64,000 nt of DNA from contig CM119372.1 in assembly GCA_051294905.1 (NCBI GenBank), positions 21,392,001 to 21,456,000 on the forward strand, given 5' to 3'. Both the position numbers and the translations under genes were made by a program. The notes below the pieces were generated by a model, which was not told the origin of the DNA, did no database searches, and saw only the letters and a list, made by a program, of their open reading frames with translations. Within the stretch, counting starts at the first letter, position 1; every line of letters starts with the position of its first letter. Below are positions 37,201 through 47,999 of the stretch, in pieces. Source of the DNA: Botryllus schlosseri (lineage: Eukaryota).

Positions 37201-37830
37201 AGCAGTCATTCTACCGCTTATCATCCGACCGGAAATGCTCAAGTCGAACGCTATAATGGGATTTTGTGGGAAACGATCCGATTATACCTTCGATCATACG
37301 AGTTACCCGTCGAATCCTGGGAGCTAGCTTTACCTCATGTATTACGAGCGACTCGCTCCCTGCTTTGTACTAGTACAAATTCTACTCCGCATGAACTGTT
37401 TTTTGGTTTCAATCGCAGGCTACCCAGCGGAAAGACCCTGCCGACTTGGTTATCCCAACCTGGTCCTGTGTTCCTGAAACGTCACGTCCGTTCGAATAAA
37501 AACGACGATTTGGTGGAGGAAGTGGAATTGTTGAACGCCAACCCGATGTATGCGAACGTTCGCCACGTCGATGGAAGAGAAAGAAACGTTGCAATAACCG
37601 ATATTGCCCCGTGTCCTCGTACGCAAGTTCCGGAAGAAAGTCCGGTTGTTCCGGAGCTCCCCGATGCCATCGAGGGTTGCAAGCTCGTTACCCAGAAGGA
37701 TGAAGAACCGCCAAACGTAGCGGATAATTCTCCTTTCCGTTCAAACGAAATGCAAGTTGTACCTCGTCGCTCCTCTAGAACAACACGAGGCGTCCCACCG
37801 AATAGATACGGACAACCAGTGCCTCATTAA
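34219..37830 (+). CDS. Gag-Pol polyprotein (Gag with two Zn knuckles, protease, RT, RNase H, integrase), 1203 aa from the first ATG
   Basis: Motifs in order: CYFC..H....C and CYKC..GH..KVC; LVDPGS protease site; RMCIDY, FDLKSAYHQ, LPFG, YLDN (RT); VEC(N)ASD, EKEA, ITDQ (RNase H); H..H..C..C, MDFKGP, HSDRG, QVERYN (integrase). The PR-RT-RH-IN order is Ty3/Gypsy. Confidence 0.95.
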   Translation: MSEALKPLKPKVLEIEPNSPASEKEWKHWRRIFENYLAAFETGSARIEKLKILTNFLSYVLFEYIDEAETYETAIATLDNLFVKAPNEVFARHVLATTKQKHGQSLDEYLQELRRLSKDCNFLAVSKTEHRDGFIRDSFINGILSHAIRQRLLEETELTIDSAFRKARTLDIAQTNSSSYMSSGGAEIPIATVQSEAASDKERENAAAAVHRGEWKCYFCGDKIQHARKNCPARSSTCYKCGMTGHYSKVCKSVADASTRKTPSTKHSSSSSCAIQEAPRCLRYAIIDTFLKDERMSTLVDPGSGLSYINPRTVEAMKLKVLPYTDCVTMAAKSLKESISGQCIVELVLNGKVYRNVTLGVMKHLCCDIILGQDFQKRHKRVVFTYNGKDPELVISSQDRRTCAVLASNTKCPQLFKSVTSDFKPVCVPSRRYSAADTAFIESEVDKLSKDGIIRPSSSPWRAQPLVVTNQESGKKRMCIDYSQTVNRFTVLDAYPLPRIEYIVQKLAKYKVFSTFDLKSAYHQLELRESDKAPTAFEAVGRLWEFNRLPFGVTNGVPAFQRTMDAIVDSDKLADTFPYLDNVTVGGQSQSEHDKSVERLLNALSARNMILNHNKTISSVAEVDILGYRVGRGVIKPDPERLKPLRELPPPTNKKALKRALGLFAYYAKWIPAFSDKIASLINCVDFPINAKCLNDFNALKKGVEDAALQAIDDDEPFVVECNASDVAVSATLNQGGRPIAFMSRTLNNSEKHYPAVEKEATAIIEAVRKWQHFLAGRRFTLITDQEAVSFMFDMRKRSKIKNNKIQCWRLELAQFTYDIRYRPGELNCAPDALTRAHCSSISTCNLEELHRELCHPGVTRLLHVVRSQNLPYSTSDVKRVCSTCQVCAEIKPRFYRREQGVLIKSTKPFERSNMDFKGPLPSNTGNRYILVVVDEFSRFPFCFACPNMWSSTVIKCLDELFALCGTPNYIHSDRGSSFMSREIKDYLLCKGVASSHSTAYHPTGNAQVERYNGILWETIRLYLRSYELPVESWELALPHVLRATRSLLCTSTNSTPHELFFGFNRRLPSGKTLPTWLSQPGPVFLKRHVRSNKNDDLVEEVELLNANPMYANVRHVDGRERNVAITDIAPCPRTQVPEESPVVPELPDAIEGCKLVTQKDEEPPNVADNSPFRSNEMQVVPRRSSRTTRGVPPNRYGQPVPH

Positions 37831-37846
37831 AATAAGGAGGGGTGAA

Positions 37847-38106
37847 TGTTGTATGTTTGGTGTCTAATTGGTACCGACTTCAGTTTTGTTGTGATTACCT
37901 TTCTGTGTTAAAGATCATTCGTCATAATGTACTGGCGTGGACTGTAATGATTGCAGACTGTCTGCCTGTTTCGCGTACTGAGAACCGTTCTTCATTTATG
38001 TTGCTGTTGTCTTAACTGTTGGTATTGCGAGTATCGTAGTCAAGGTATTAGTTCATTTAAGCCGAAGTAATAAACTGCTTACGAATATTGTTTCGTGCTC
38101 ACAACA
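37847..38106 (+). repeat. 3' LTR of Gypsy element 1
   Basis: Direct repeat of 33929-34188, preceded by a polypurine tract. Confidence 0.95.
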
Positions 38107-39109
38107 CCCCCCTCAGGCTATACGCTGTTTCCCGTTACTTATCCGCTTCATTATGTCTGCGTTTACGGAGTCACCTTTTCTCGCCTGAACGCGCGAAGCG
38201 CGAGAAATATTTACAGTTCATGACTGAATCGGTCAATATGATCGGGAATTGCGTATATGTTCCTATCAATTTTTATCCTCTCTCTGCTCACGTAATCTGA
38301 TTTACCGGTAGAGCTGAGGGATGTGTTTTTGAAAAGGTAGGACCCCTCCATAATAATTTAACATCTCCCGGTGTATATACCCGTTGGCAGGAACGAAACA
38401 GCCCCCCCTCCCATCCCCAAAAACTTGAGTCTTGGGCTCCCATAGGGTGATAAACTGTCCCACCCCCCAGTACATTGTTCGCTTTTGCCACGAAATTATA
38501 GTTGTACTGTTTAGTGAGCCAGCGCCAAGCGCGAAAATTTTCGATAATTCATGATAAAATCGGTCAATAAAATCGGGAAATGCATATTTTTTGCTATCAA
38601 TTCCTTGTCCTCTCTGCTCACGTATAATCAGATTTACTGGTAGAGCTGAGTGAGGGGTCTTTGAAACTGCAGAGCCCGTAAACAATAATTGGACATCTTC
38701 GGGCGGGCGGACCCGTTGGTATGACTTCGTTATATGATGTTATTTCGTGACCTCCTGTCTGTTATATTAAAAAATATGGAACCGCCCAGACGTCCTAAAC
38801 TGAAATATCACGCGATTTCGGATTGGTCGCATGTTACATGGCCTAAAACTTTATATGTCTTAGTGCGTCGTGGCGCGGTAATGGCCAACGCCGATATGCC
38901 CATTTCTATAAATCTAGCGTATTTTTATTGGGGGAAGATTACCCAATAATCAAGATAATTGGCGACTTGAAATCGCACGCAGTGCGAAAAATTTTTGAAA
39001 AAGTTGCATAAATTTTGAAACATACCCTGTAATTTATGCTAATTCACGAAATAATTATGGGCCCCCTTCGAGCTCGCCCCCCCCCCCGGGTGCGGCAGTT
39101 ACGGCCCTG
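38107..39109 (-). mobile_element. Family A hAT element, reverse copy, interrupted by Gypsy element 1 (remaining part at ~33890-33928)
   Basis: Reverse-complement similarity to 329-1610. Ends in GTGCGGCAGTTACGGCCCTG. Confidence 0.7.
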
Positions 39110-41019
39110 CGACTTCGAAGTGGGAACAATGTACCATTTTCAGTATTTTCCTCCGGTATTGCAGAAGTGTCCTCTTTTCAGATTTCCAAAATGTGGTAAT
39201 CCTAGATATTACCTTATCGACAGAAAACTCCCGTTCAAACGAATTGAATAATATCAAATTTTTAAGCTGATGTAATTCAACGCCCTACAGTGCACAGTTG
39301 CCAGTTGATCAACGTTTGCAAGGGGATGGATTTTTCAACTATGTTGGTGCTTGTACTTGCATATTCTGCATATTATCCTATCTCACCATACGTGATCAGA
39401 TTTGCTTGATTGAAGTGATGACTTCGAAAATTCACGGCATGTAATTGTACGGTAAATCTTACGCAATGTTCATGCCACACGAAGAACACTATTCGTTAGT
39501 TTCTCGCAGATTAACTTCACGCTAGCCCATTGTTATTTAGTTAAACCATGTTATTTCGCCATTCCCAGAAAAGATTGTGCTACTGAAATGATATCAGTAT
39601 GGCTCACGCGTACGAGACCATACTAAAAGAAAAATCTCTATCGTGGGGCGCACGTCATTGCAAATTATCATTTCTTCACAGAGCGCAATATTTACCTTTA
39701 CTGGCCGCACTTGTACCTCGGTTTCAGACTTCACCGATAACACTATTGGCCCCTGGCAATGTTCCCTCTGATTTTTCACGACTCACGAGTCTGCGCGCTT
39801 GCACGGTCACTTGGAGAACAACAAGAAAAACAAGAAAAAAAAGTCATCCCTACGGATTTTTTGTGCGCAGCCAAGATTTTCTGTGCGCAGAGACCGGTTC
39901 AGCACTGCGCATTTGCGCACGTGCGCAGCTTAGAGGGAACATTGGTAGTGGGGCAAGGGCTGTAAGCCACTTTTTATTAAGATGACGTCACAATGGCATT
40001 TTCCAACGTAAACAAGTAACTTAATGATGGTACGGTAACATGAATTGCCGGCAACAGTGATTTTAACGTATGTGCCACGAGAGGTCCGCCGGTGAGCTGT
40101 GACTTGAAGTGTGGTAACTGCGTAAACGTCGTACGGAACAAAGATTCAACACGGTTCATGTTCGCACTAGACCTGGAAATGACTATAACTCGAGAGATAG
40201 CGTAAGCCTAACTGGAAAGGTCAACGAGTTCGGACAGATACGCAATTGTTATCTCATAGATTGGGCCTGTCATATTGAATCCAAAACATCATTCTGAAGA
40301 ACTAAGAATAGCAGCCTCAGAAATTCGGTCTTGGTACAGCATAGGAGATTTTGACCTTGAAACTGGAGACTGTAACATGACACATACGGCTTTATTACTG
40401 TCTATAGGTCTGCTACGAAATCGCCTTTGGAAAATATACTACCGAATAAATACGTGGACGAAAGCTTTAAACTTAGTACACTGTTACATGACATCACCGA
40501 GAAGTGGTCCCATGGCCCTTTTCGGTATGGTACACTGTCAAAATTAATGCGAACAGACCAACACCGAATTTTGCGTAAAATTTACTGAGGAATAGGCTGA
40601 TAAAGTGATCAGCTGTTAGCTGCCATCGAAAACGAAACAGCTATCGCGCTTGACAGCAGGGGGTTGTGAGCAAATGGCTTGAAGGCCACAATTTCACGGT
40701 GAAATTGACATTGGAGAATATAATATCAAAGTAAATATTTGAATGCAAACTGAGAATGATATCATCATCTCAATTAACGTTACCGAAGATACACCGGCTT
40801 TTGCGTGAAATCGGCAATGCGTTGTATGCTAAAGTGTCAGATCGAAGCACATCTCTACCATACTCGACCTTGATAACGAAATTACTGCCCTGATCACTGA
40901 GTATCAACCTTGAGACTTGGCACAGCGTTCGATACTAAAACCAAGACATACCATGCAAAAGTTTATGACGGATCTAGGTAAGGAGCATCGTTAAAATCAA
41001 TAGATACCAATACCGGCTT

Positions 41020-41390
41020 TAATAATAATAATAATATAATAATTTATAGAGCGCCGAATATAACAATATGTCATTACTACACTAGGGCGCTGTACATAAA
41101 AGGCAATAAAATATAAAAGTAAACGATATGTATAAAAGACGAAGTGCATAGTTGTAGGGCGGAATGAACACTACTCTAGTTCGAACGCTCGTGTGAATAA
41201 AACGGTCTTGATTTTGCGTTTGAAAACATATAGCGAGTCACATAGTCTGATAGAAATTGGAAGATTGTTCCACAGAATGGCGGCCGAGGAAGAAAAGGTT
41301 CTCACGCCGTAGGTCGATGTTCTGACTCTTGGAACTGACAAGAGCATTTGTGACTGAGAACGTAGCGCGTATAATCTGTTAGCGATAAAT
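41020..41390 (-). pseudogene. 5'-truncated L2/CR1-group LINE 3' end
   Basis: The ORF2 C-terminus LRS...VPR..TYGVRTFS..A..LWNNLP..IR...SL..FKRKIKT.LF is typical of L2/CR1. It is followed by a short 3' UTR with CAGCGCC..GGCGCT and an (ATT)n tail. Confidence 0.8.
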
Positions 41391-42053
41391 GAAGCGTCAG
41401 CTCTCACTCGAATTAGGAAACGAAATTACCGCTAACCCAGTTCAGTGACAAACTTGAAACTTGGTACAGCGTTCGATACTAACATCAAGACTTACCGTGC
41501 CAACTTTCATAACCGATCTCAGTATTGAACATCGTCACAATCAATGGATACCAATACCGGCTTTTGAGTAAAATCTGTTTGCGATACCTGACGGATCAAC
41601 ACACACTCAACTTCGGAAACGGAATTACTACCCTAAACTTCAAGTAGAAACCGTGAAATTTGGGGCAGTGTTAAATACCACCATCACGACATGACATACC
41701 AAGTTTCAAGAGTTTTCATGGTGTGAAACACCATCAAAATCGACCTATACCAGCAAAGGTCGACTAAACGCGTATTACAGTAATCGAGTTCAGATATGGA
41801 GACGATTGCTACATCACACCTTAGGGGCGACCAGGCATATTTGCCCCGCTTGCTCGGCCATTTTACGAATAGGAGAGAGTAAATCACCGTTTCTTTATTG
41901 TGCGCGGCTTTGAGAGAATCGATCGTGAAAGCTTGTTATGAACGCTACCGGGGCATGCCCCGGCTAGGCATTCGCAAAGTGAAAACACGGATGAGAATTC
42001 GATTTTCGCAGATATTTCGCTATATATATCGTTATATATAGATTGGTGTGCGT

Positions 42054-42614
42054 TAGGGTTGTTCAGAATTGACCGACTTTCAAAAAGTCCAGGTTTTCAG
42101 TCCGATTCCCATGCCTTATACCTTAAAAACATATTCCGGCTACTTTTTTTTGTAACTCGTCCCCTGCATCCGTGTGCACATTGAGCTGGAAGAATAGCAG
42201 CTGAAAATAGGGGATTCCCCTAAAATCTGAGTGTCACGATTTTACCTAGCCTAGTTAAAGTGACATATAACATCGATTTATGCAGCTGTTGCGGTTTGGA
42301 GTGCTACAAAACCCCACTATATAAGGCATTGCTGGTTCAGGATATCATTTCCATGTCCCACACTGCCTTAGAACTGCTCAAAACTACCTAAAACTGATAG
42401 TCATTTTGTTGGATCACATATGCTACACCCCTCAAACCTACCCGGCACTGTTCATCAATTTCCTGGATCCCCATGTGCAAGAATACAACTGTAAATGTAA
42501 CATCCACTCACAGCCACATTATAAACATCACAGGAAACGAAAAAATAAGGCAAAGAAAGGGATCAACATGGCAAAATATTACATAAATCAGGTAGATGAA
42601 ATGGTTGCTTTCGA
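42054..42614 (+). mobile_element. Isolated end of the hATm family (same sequence as 61173-61733)
   Basis: Near-identical to the left arm of 61173-63616 (TAGGGTTGTTCAGAATTG...). Truncated at GGTTGCTTTCGAG. Confidence 0.85.
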
Positions 42615-43793
42615 GTTACAAAAGGTTGCTAGAATATTCAGCTTTCCTTTTGTGAATATTAATAGTGACTCTCTGCTGTGAGCTTGACCAGCTATGACCA
42701 GAGGTGGTCAAAGTAGTCAAAAAAGCTACTCAAGTATAAGTAGAAGTAGTGACGGAAAAATCTACTCAAGTACGAGTAGAAGTACTTCTTCTATAAGAAA
42801 CCTAAAACTACTTGAAGTAGGAGTAGAATTTACTGACTTTAAAAGTACTCAAGTAAGTGAGTAGTTGTGAAAACGATCCTAATTCGTTCACATGGATTGT
42901 AAAAAGGTGCAATTGAGGTATGCGACAGGTGACGAGCTTGATTCATATTGATACATACCAGCAGGTATCCAATTCTCGATAGCAATAGCAATAAGCAGTC
43001 GTCCACATCATGTGATGAAAATGATAGTATTGATATGGAAATGCGATGCTAATCCTCTGTTTTCTCGAACAGCACGTTTTAGAAAATAGCATGGTATGGC
43101 GCCATCGCCATACTATAAGGCCCGCAGTTTAGTCAAAGAGCAACACGGAGAAGTTGTATAGGATACGGTGCAAACACTTTGCGCGATTAGTAAACGTTAA
43201 TAAAAAATATGGTGGACCGTAAAAATGCCATATTGTGTAGCTTTAGTTTAAGAAATTAAAGGCATTACTACACTTGCTTTCATACTTCAACAGGTATGTT
43301 ATCCAGACTAAAGAACTGGTATTAATTATGACTCAAAGTATATGATACTGGGAATTGAAAGTGAAATATAAATACTACTTCTAAAAGCAGAACATGTATT
43401 TCATGGTTTAAATCCAGAAAGTTTCAAAGGTGGTCTGCTAAAACAGCCCTAAAACTAAAAAAAGTCAGAGTCCACTTTTCCAGATTAGGACACGCCATGG
43501 ACATGCTAGATAACGATATTGGAAGTAAATGCTAGTGTTATGTCGTGCATTTACGTTTTAGTGTCGTACAACTCTTTCGTTCTATTGGATTAGTAATTAC
43601 AGCCAATCATTATTTCCTCGTGTGTCGTGCTTGTATTTATACCCTGTGTTCTGTTGTCTCGTCGTCTTTCATTTAACTGAACTCTGGATCGTGTCGCTGC
43701 CGTTAAGTTATTCTGCTGTTAATATATACTGATTTCATATTGCAACCTCGTCGTATTGAGTTATTGTTCAAACAAGATCAAGAACATAACAAT

Positions 43794-43813
43794 TGGTATC
43801 AGAAGTCGGATTC
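43794..43813 (+). promoter_or_regulatory. Primer-binding site of Gypsy element 2 (resembles the complement of a tRNA-Leu 3' end)
   Basis: TGGTATCAGAAGTCGGATTC lies 2 nt after the 5' LTR. The tRNA identity is from recall and has not been verified. Confidence 0.7.
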
Positions 43814-43846
43814 ATAGTTATTTCTGCGACGAATACTGTATATATC

Positions 43847-46800
43847 ATGGAAGCAAGTATATTAAAGCTTCTAGAGAAGCAACAGGAAATGATGGCGGAA
43901 CAGCGAGCACAGCACAAAGAAGAGCTGGCACAGCACAAAGAAGACATGAAGCAACAAAATGCTCAGCACAAAGAAGAAATGGCGCAATTAACGCAGAGGT
44001 TGAATCCCGGTGCATCAACATCTGAAGCTACCGCTCCCAAGTTTGATTCATTTGTAAAATCAAAGGAGAAATGGGACCAATATCTTCAGCGATTCAACCA
44101 TCACCTAGCAATATACGGCATTTCCAACATGGAGAAGAAAAGAGCGTGTCTACTCTCATGGGTTGGACCTGAAACGTACTCGCTCCTACGTAATTTGTTT
44201 GGTGCTGCTGATGTCAGTGCGCAATCCTTCGACGCGTTGACTGAGAAGTTGTCTACACACTTCAAGGACTCAATTCATGTGCAAGCAGCCAGGTACGAAT
44301 TTTACAATTGCAAAATGCAGCCGGGACAATCGTACGCCGATTGGATCGCTACTCTACGCGGAATCTCCAAGGATTGCAACTTCATATGCTCAAGAGATGG
44401 CTGTGATCAGAGCTACGTTGATGAGCTAATGCGCGATCTCATCATTAAAGAAACGCCGCACGCGGATGTGAGACGGCATTGTCTAACACAAACCAATCCA
44501 TCCCTTGACGACGTTCTCAAAGTAGCCGCAACATACGTGAGAACGCTGGAAACCGATAGGGTTATCCAGGGCGAGAGTAACGGTAAAGATACTTCCATCG
44601 TCAATAAAATGACGGGAAGTTATCAGAAGGGGAAAAAACCTTCCAAATCCAACCAAGGCAACTACCCGGAAAGACTGAAATCCTGCAGCCGCTGTTTCAT
44701 CGATCACCAGAGAAAAGATTGTCAATATCGACATGCAGTATGTCAGAAATGTGGTCGTAAAGGTCATATCAAACCTGTGTGCATGTCTACCAAACCTAGT
44801 ATCACGCAACAGGTCACATCCGTCAATTTCTGCTCAGTGCCTCTCCTCTCCTTCGACATCGATCAACTATATCGACGCGTAGGAAACCAGCTCTGGATCA
44901 ACTCCAGCATCAACGGCATTCCGTTGCCGACACAGTGGGACACTGGTGCACCCTCCGCCATGGTGGGATTGACTGGGTACAAAACTTTGGGCTCTCCGAA
45001 ACTCTCTGCATACCATTGTTCTTTCGTAGCGTACGGCGACAAGCCATTGAAAGTGAAAGGTATTTGTACTGTAACCGTGGAGGTGGGTTCTGAAGTTCGA
45101 ATCGGCTTAAAATTGGTGGTTCTCGACGAACACCGTGGGCAAAACATTTTTGGTCTTGATTGGAGCGATGCTTTCTCCATGACCGCTAAGGGAACGTCTG
45201 CTTTGGATGCAATTTCTTCGCAGATGGTCAAATCGCAATCATGTAATACTATTGACATTTCTGATTCGAACGACAAATTGGCATCTTTTCAGTCCAAATT
45301 TCCCTCTGTTTTCTCTAATGTATTAGGACGATGCACCAAGACAAAGATGACAATTCACTTGAAACCTAATGCCAAGCCCGTATTCAACAAGCCACGTCCT
45401 TTGCCTTTCGCAAGGCAAATCGCTGTTCAAACCGAATTGGATAGATTAGTCAATCAAGGTATCCTCGAACCAATCAATTACAGTGATTGGGCAGCACCAA
45501 TTGTTGCCGTCACTAAATCAAATGGATCAGTACGCATTTGTGGTGACTTTAAAGCATTGAATCAACAAATTCAGATAGATCAACATCCCCTGCCCTCCTT
45601 GGATGAAATTCTTCACAAGTTACAGGGTGGTTGTATTTTCACGAAAATTGATCTTGCCGATGCTTATTTTCAGCTAGAATTAGATGATGATGCGAAGAAT
45701 TTGTGTGTCATCAACACGCAATTCGGTCTATTCCGTTATCGACGCATGTGTTTCGGAGTCGCATCTATAGTCCCGCAAATTTTCAACGCTGTATTGATGC
45801 CATGATCGCCGGCTTACCCGGTGTTGCTAGTTTTATCGATGACATAATCGTTACTGGCATTGATGAACGCGATCATTTTCGCAACTTATCGCTACTCTTT
45901 GAGCGCCTCACCGAGTACGGTTTCACCGTCAACTTCGCGAAATGTGAATTTTTCAAAAGTAGTATCGAGTACCTTGGTCACATAATCGACAAGGACGGCA
46001 AACGCCCGTCTCACAAATCCGTCGAAGCAATCAAACAGTTGCCTAAACCTCGGGATGTTCGCCAGCTACAGGCATTCCTGGGCAAAGTCAATTATTATCG
46101 CGCGTTTATTCCTAATTTCACGAATAAAGCCGCTGCCTTGTACCGCCTTCTTCAAAAAGACGCGAAATTCATTTGGAATACGGACTGTGACGCAGCTTTT
46201 CGCATTCTCAAAAACGACGTAATCGACGCTACGCAGTTAGCTCATTATGATGTAAACAAGCAGCTCATTTTGTCAACTGATGCTTCTCAATTCGGAATTG
46301 GCGCTGTCCTCTCAATCGAGCACAATGGCGAAGAGAGACCGATCGCGCACGCATCCAAAACACTTTCCGATTCGCAAAAATCCTACTCTCAAATCGAGAA
46401 GGAAGCTCTGTCAATCATTTACGGAGTCACTAAATTTCGTCAATTCTTGTATGGTAGAAAATTTACGCTCGTAACGGACCACAAACCGCTTTTAGCTATT
46501 TTCTCGCCAGACAAGAAAATTCCCGTGATTACAGCGCAACGCTTACAGCGATGGGCACTAACGCTCATGGCTTATCAATACGATATTCGCTATAAACCGA
46601 CTAATCAGCACGGAAACGCCGACGGTTTATCTCGCCTACCAAAGGGCCCAGACCCTGAGTTTGACGAACTGGAAATTCGTGAAAACGCGGAGATCGTTCA
46701 CGCTATTATTATGGCATTCGATGGCTTACCGTTAACTCGCAATGAAATTCGCGACGCGACGCTGAAGGACAAAACCATGAAACTAGTGAAATTATCTGTC

Positions 46801-47999
46801 ACTCATGGTAATTGGAATCCAAAGACGCACATTGATGATTTTTCTTGGTTTTCGACTCGCAAACATTCGCTTTCTCTGCACGAAGACATAGTCATGCTTA
46901 ATATTGATGGTTTTCAGCGCGTAGTAATTCCGCAGTCACTTCGCTGGCGAGTCCTATCTCATTGTTGCACGAAGGGCATTGGGGTATCGCGAAAATGAAG
47001 CAGATGGCTCGACGTTACATCGCATGGCCTTCCATTAATCGCGACATTGAAAATCTCGTTAAGAGTTGCGACGCTTGCCGTAAGGTAATGAAAGCGCCTG
47101 ATCGTCAGTATCGCGAATGGCCTAAAACTTCTGAAAGCTTTGAACGAATTCACTTGGATTTCGCAGGTCCAATAAACAATAAGATGTTTCTTGTCATCGT
47201 CGATGCGCATTCGAAATATCCTTTCGTTAAAGTAATGAATGTCGGTTCTACCACAGCCTTGTGTGTGGTCAACGCTTTGAGGGAAGTCTTCTCTATCGAA
47301 GGCTTGCCCATAACAATTGTCACGGATGGCAGGCCGCAATTCACATCGAATGAATTCGATACGTTTTGTTCTAATTTGGCAATCAGCCATATCGTATCAC
47401 CGTCTTTTCACCCTGCCTCGAACGGGGAAGCGGAGCGTTTCGTCCAGACTTTGAAAGCTGGATTAATAAAAAATTGCGACGGGGGAAAAGATCTCAACTT
47501 CGCGCTCCAAACACTTCTCGCTACGTACCGATGTGCACCGCACCCGGGCATAGACTGGAAAACGCCTGCCGAGATTTTACATGGTCGACAGCCGCGCAAT
47601 TTGTTAAGTTTGTGCTCGCCCTTCGACAAATCGAAACCCGTTACGCCTGGACAATCAGTCACTCATTTCGAGATTGGTTCCGCGGTTTACGCTCGCAGTT
47701 ACCGAAGCGGACCAAAGTGGGTTGCTGGCGTGGTGACGGAAATACTGGGGCGTGTTGTGTACATTATAAGAACAGATCATGGGTATTGGAGAAGGCATAA
47801 AAACCAACTCCAACCACGCTTGATTTCCACAAGTAATGATACAGCCACACAGGAAGTTGCTCAGCCACAACAGTCCCAAGCTGAGCAACCATTGGTCAGG
47901 AATAGGGCACAACGCCCTGCAGCTAGTTCTGCCCGTACGTCGGGTAGACGTTATCCTCTCAGGAACAGAAAGCAAACCGATTTCTACAGACCCACGTAA
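43847..47999 (+). pseudogene. Gag-Pol of Gypsy element 2, broken by two frameshifts (~45765 in RT, ~46960 at the integrase Zn finger)
   Basis: Three overlapping ORFs carry Gag Zn knuckles, WDTGA (protease), RICGDF, IDLADAY, FIDD (RT), STDASQ, EKEA, TDHKPL (RNase H), and HEGHWG..C..C, HLDFAGP, VTDG, EAERFVQ (integrase). Confidence 0.92.

Larger units (their letters stand above)
33929..38106 (+). mobile_element. Full-length Ty3/Gypsy LTR retrotransposon (element 1)
   Basis: 260-bp TG..CA LTRs (33929-34188, 37847-38106) differ at two positions that I could see. The PPT AAAATAAGGAGGGGTGAA precedes the 3' LTR. The element sits in a poly-C target (CCCCC on both sides) and has a single long gag-pol ORF. 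Confidence 0.95.
19959..39944. mobile_element. hAT-type non-autonomous element expanded to ~20 kb by nested insertions
   Basis: TIRs are CAATGTTCCCTCTAA...TTAGAGGGAACATTG, with an exact 8-bp TSD GTAGTGGG (19951-19958, 39945-39952). A second left-end-like copy starts at 39757. Confidence 0.75.

Noticed and set aside
40740..41760. Degenerate ~200-bp repeats (GAAATTAC..CTTGAAACTTGG..CAGCGTTCGATACT) around the LINE fragment
   Set aside because: The repetition is real, but the boundaries and element class could not be determined, so it is not called as a feature.
45703..46998. Programmed ribosomal frameshifts in Gypsy element 2
   Set aside because: The breaks fall inside RT and integrase rather than at the gag/pol boundary, and I see no slippery heptamer.
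34494..47975. Antisense and alternative-frame ORFs overlapping the two gag-pol genes
   Set aside because: Shadow ORFs with no independent motifs.
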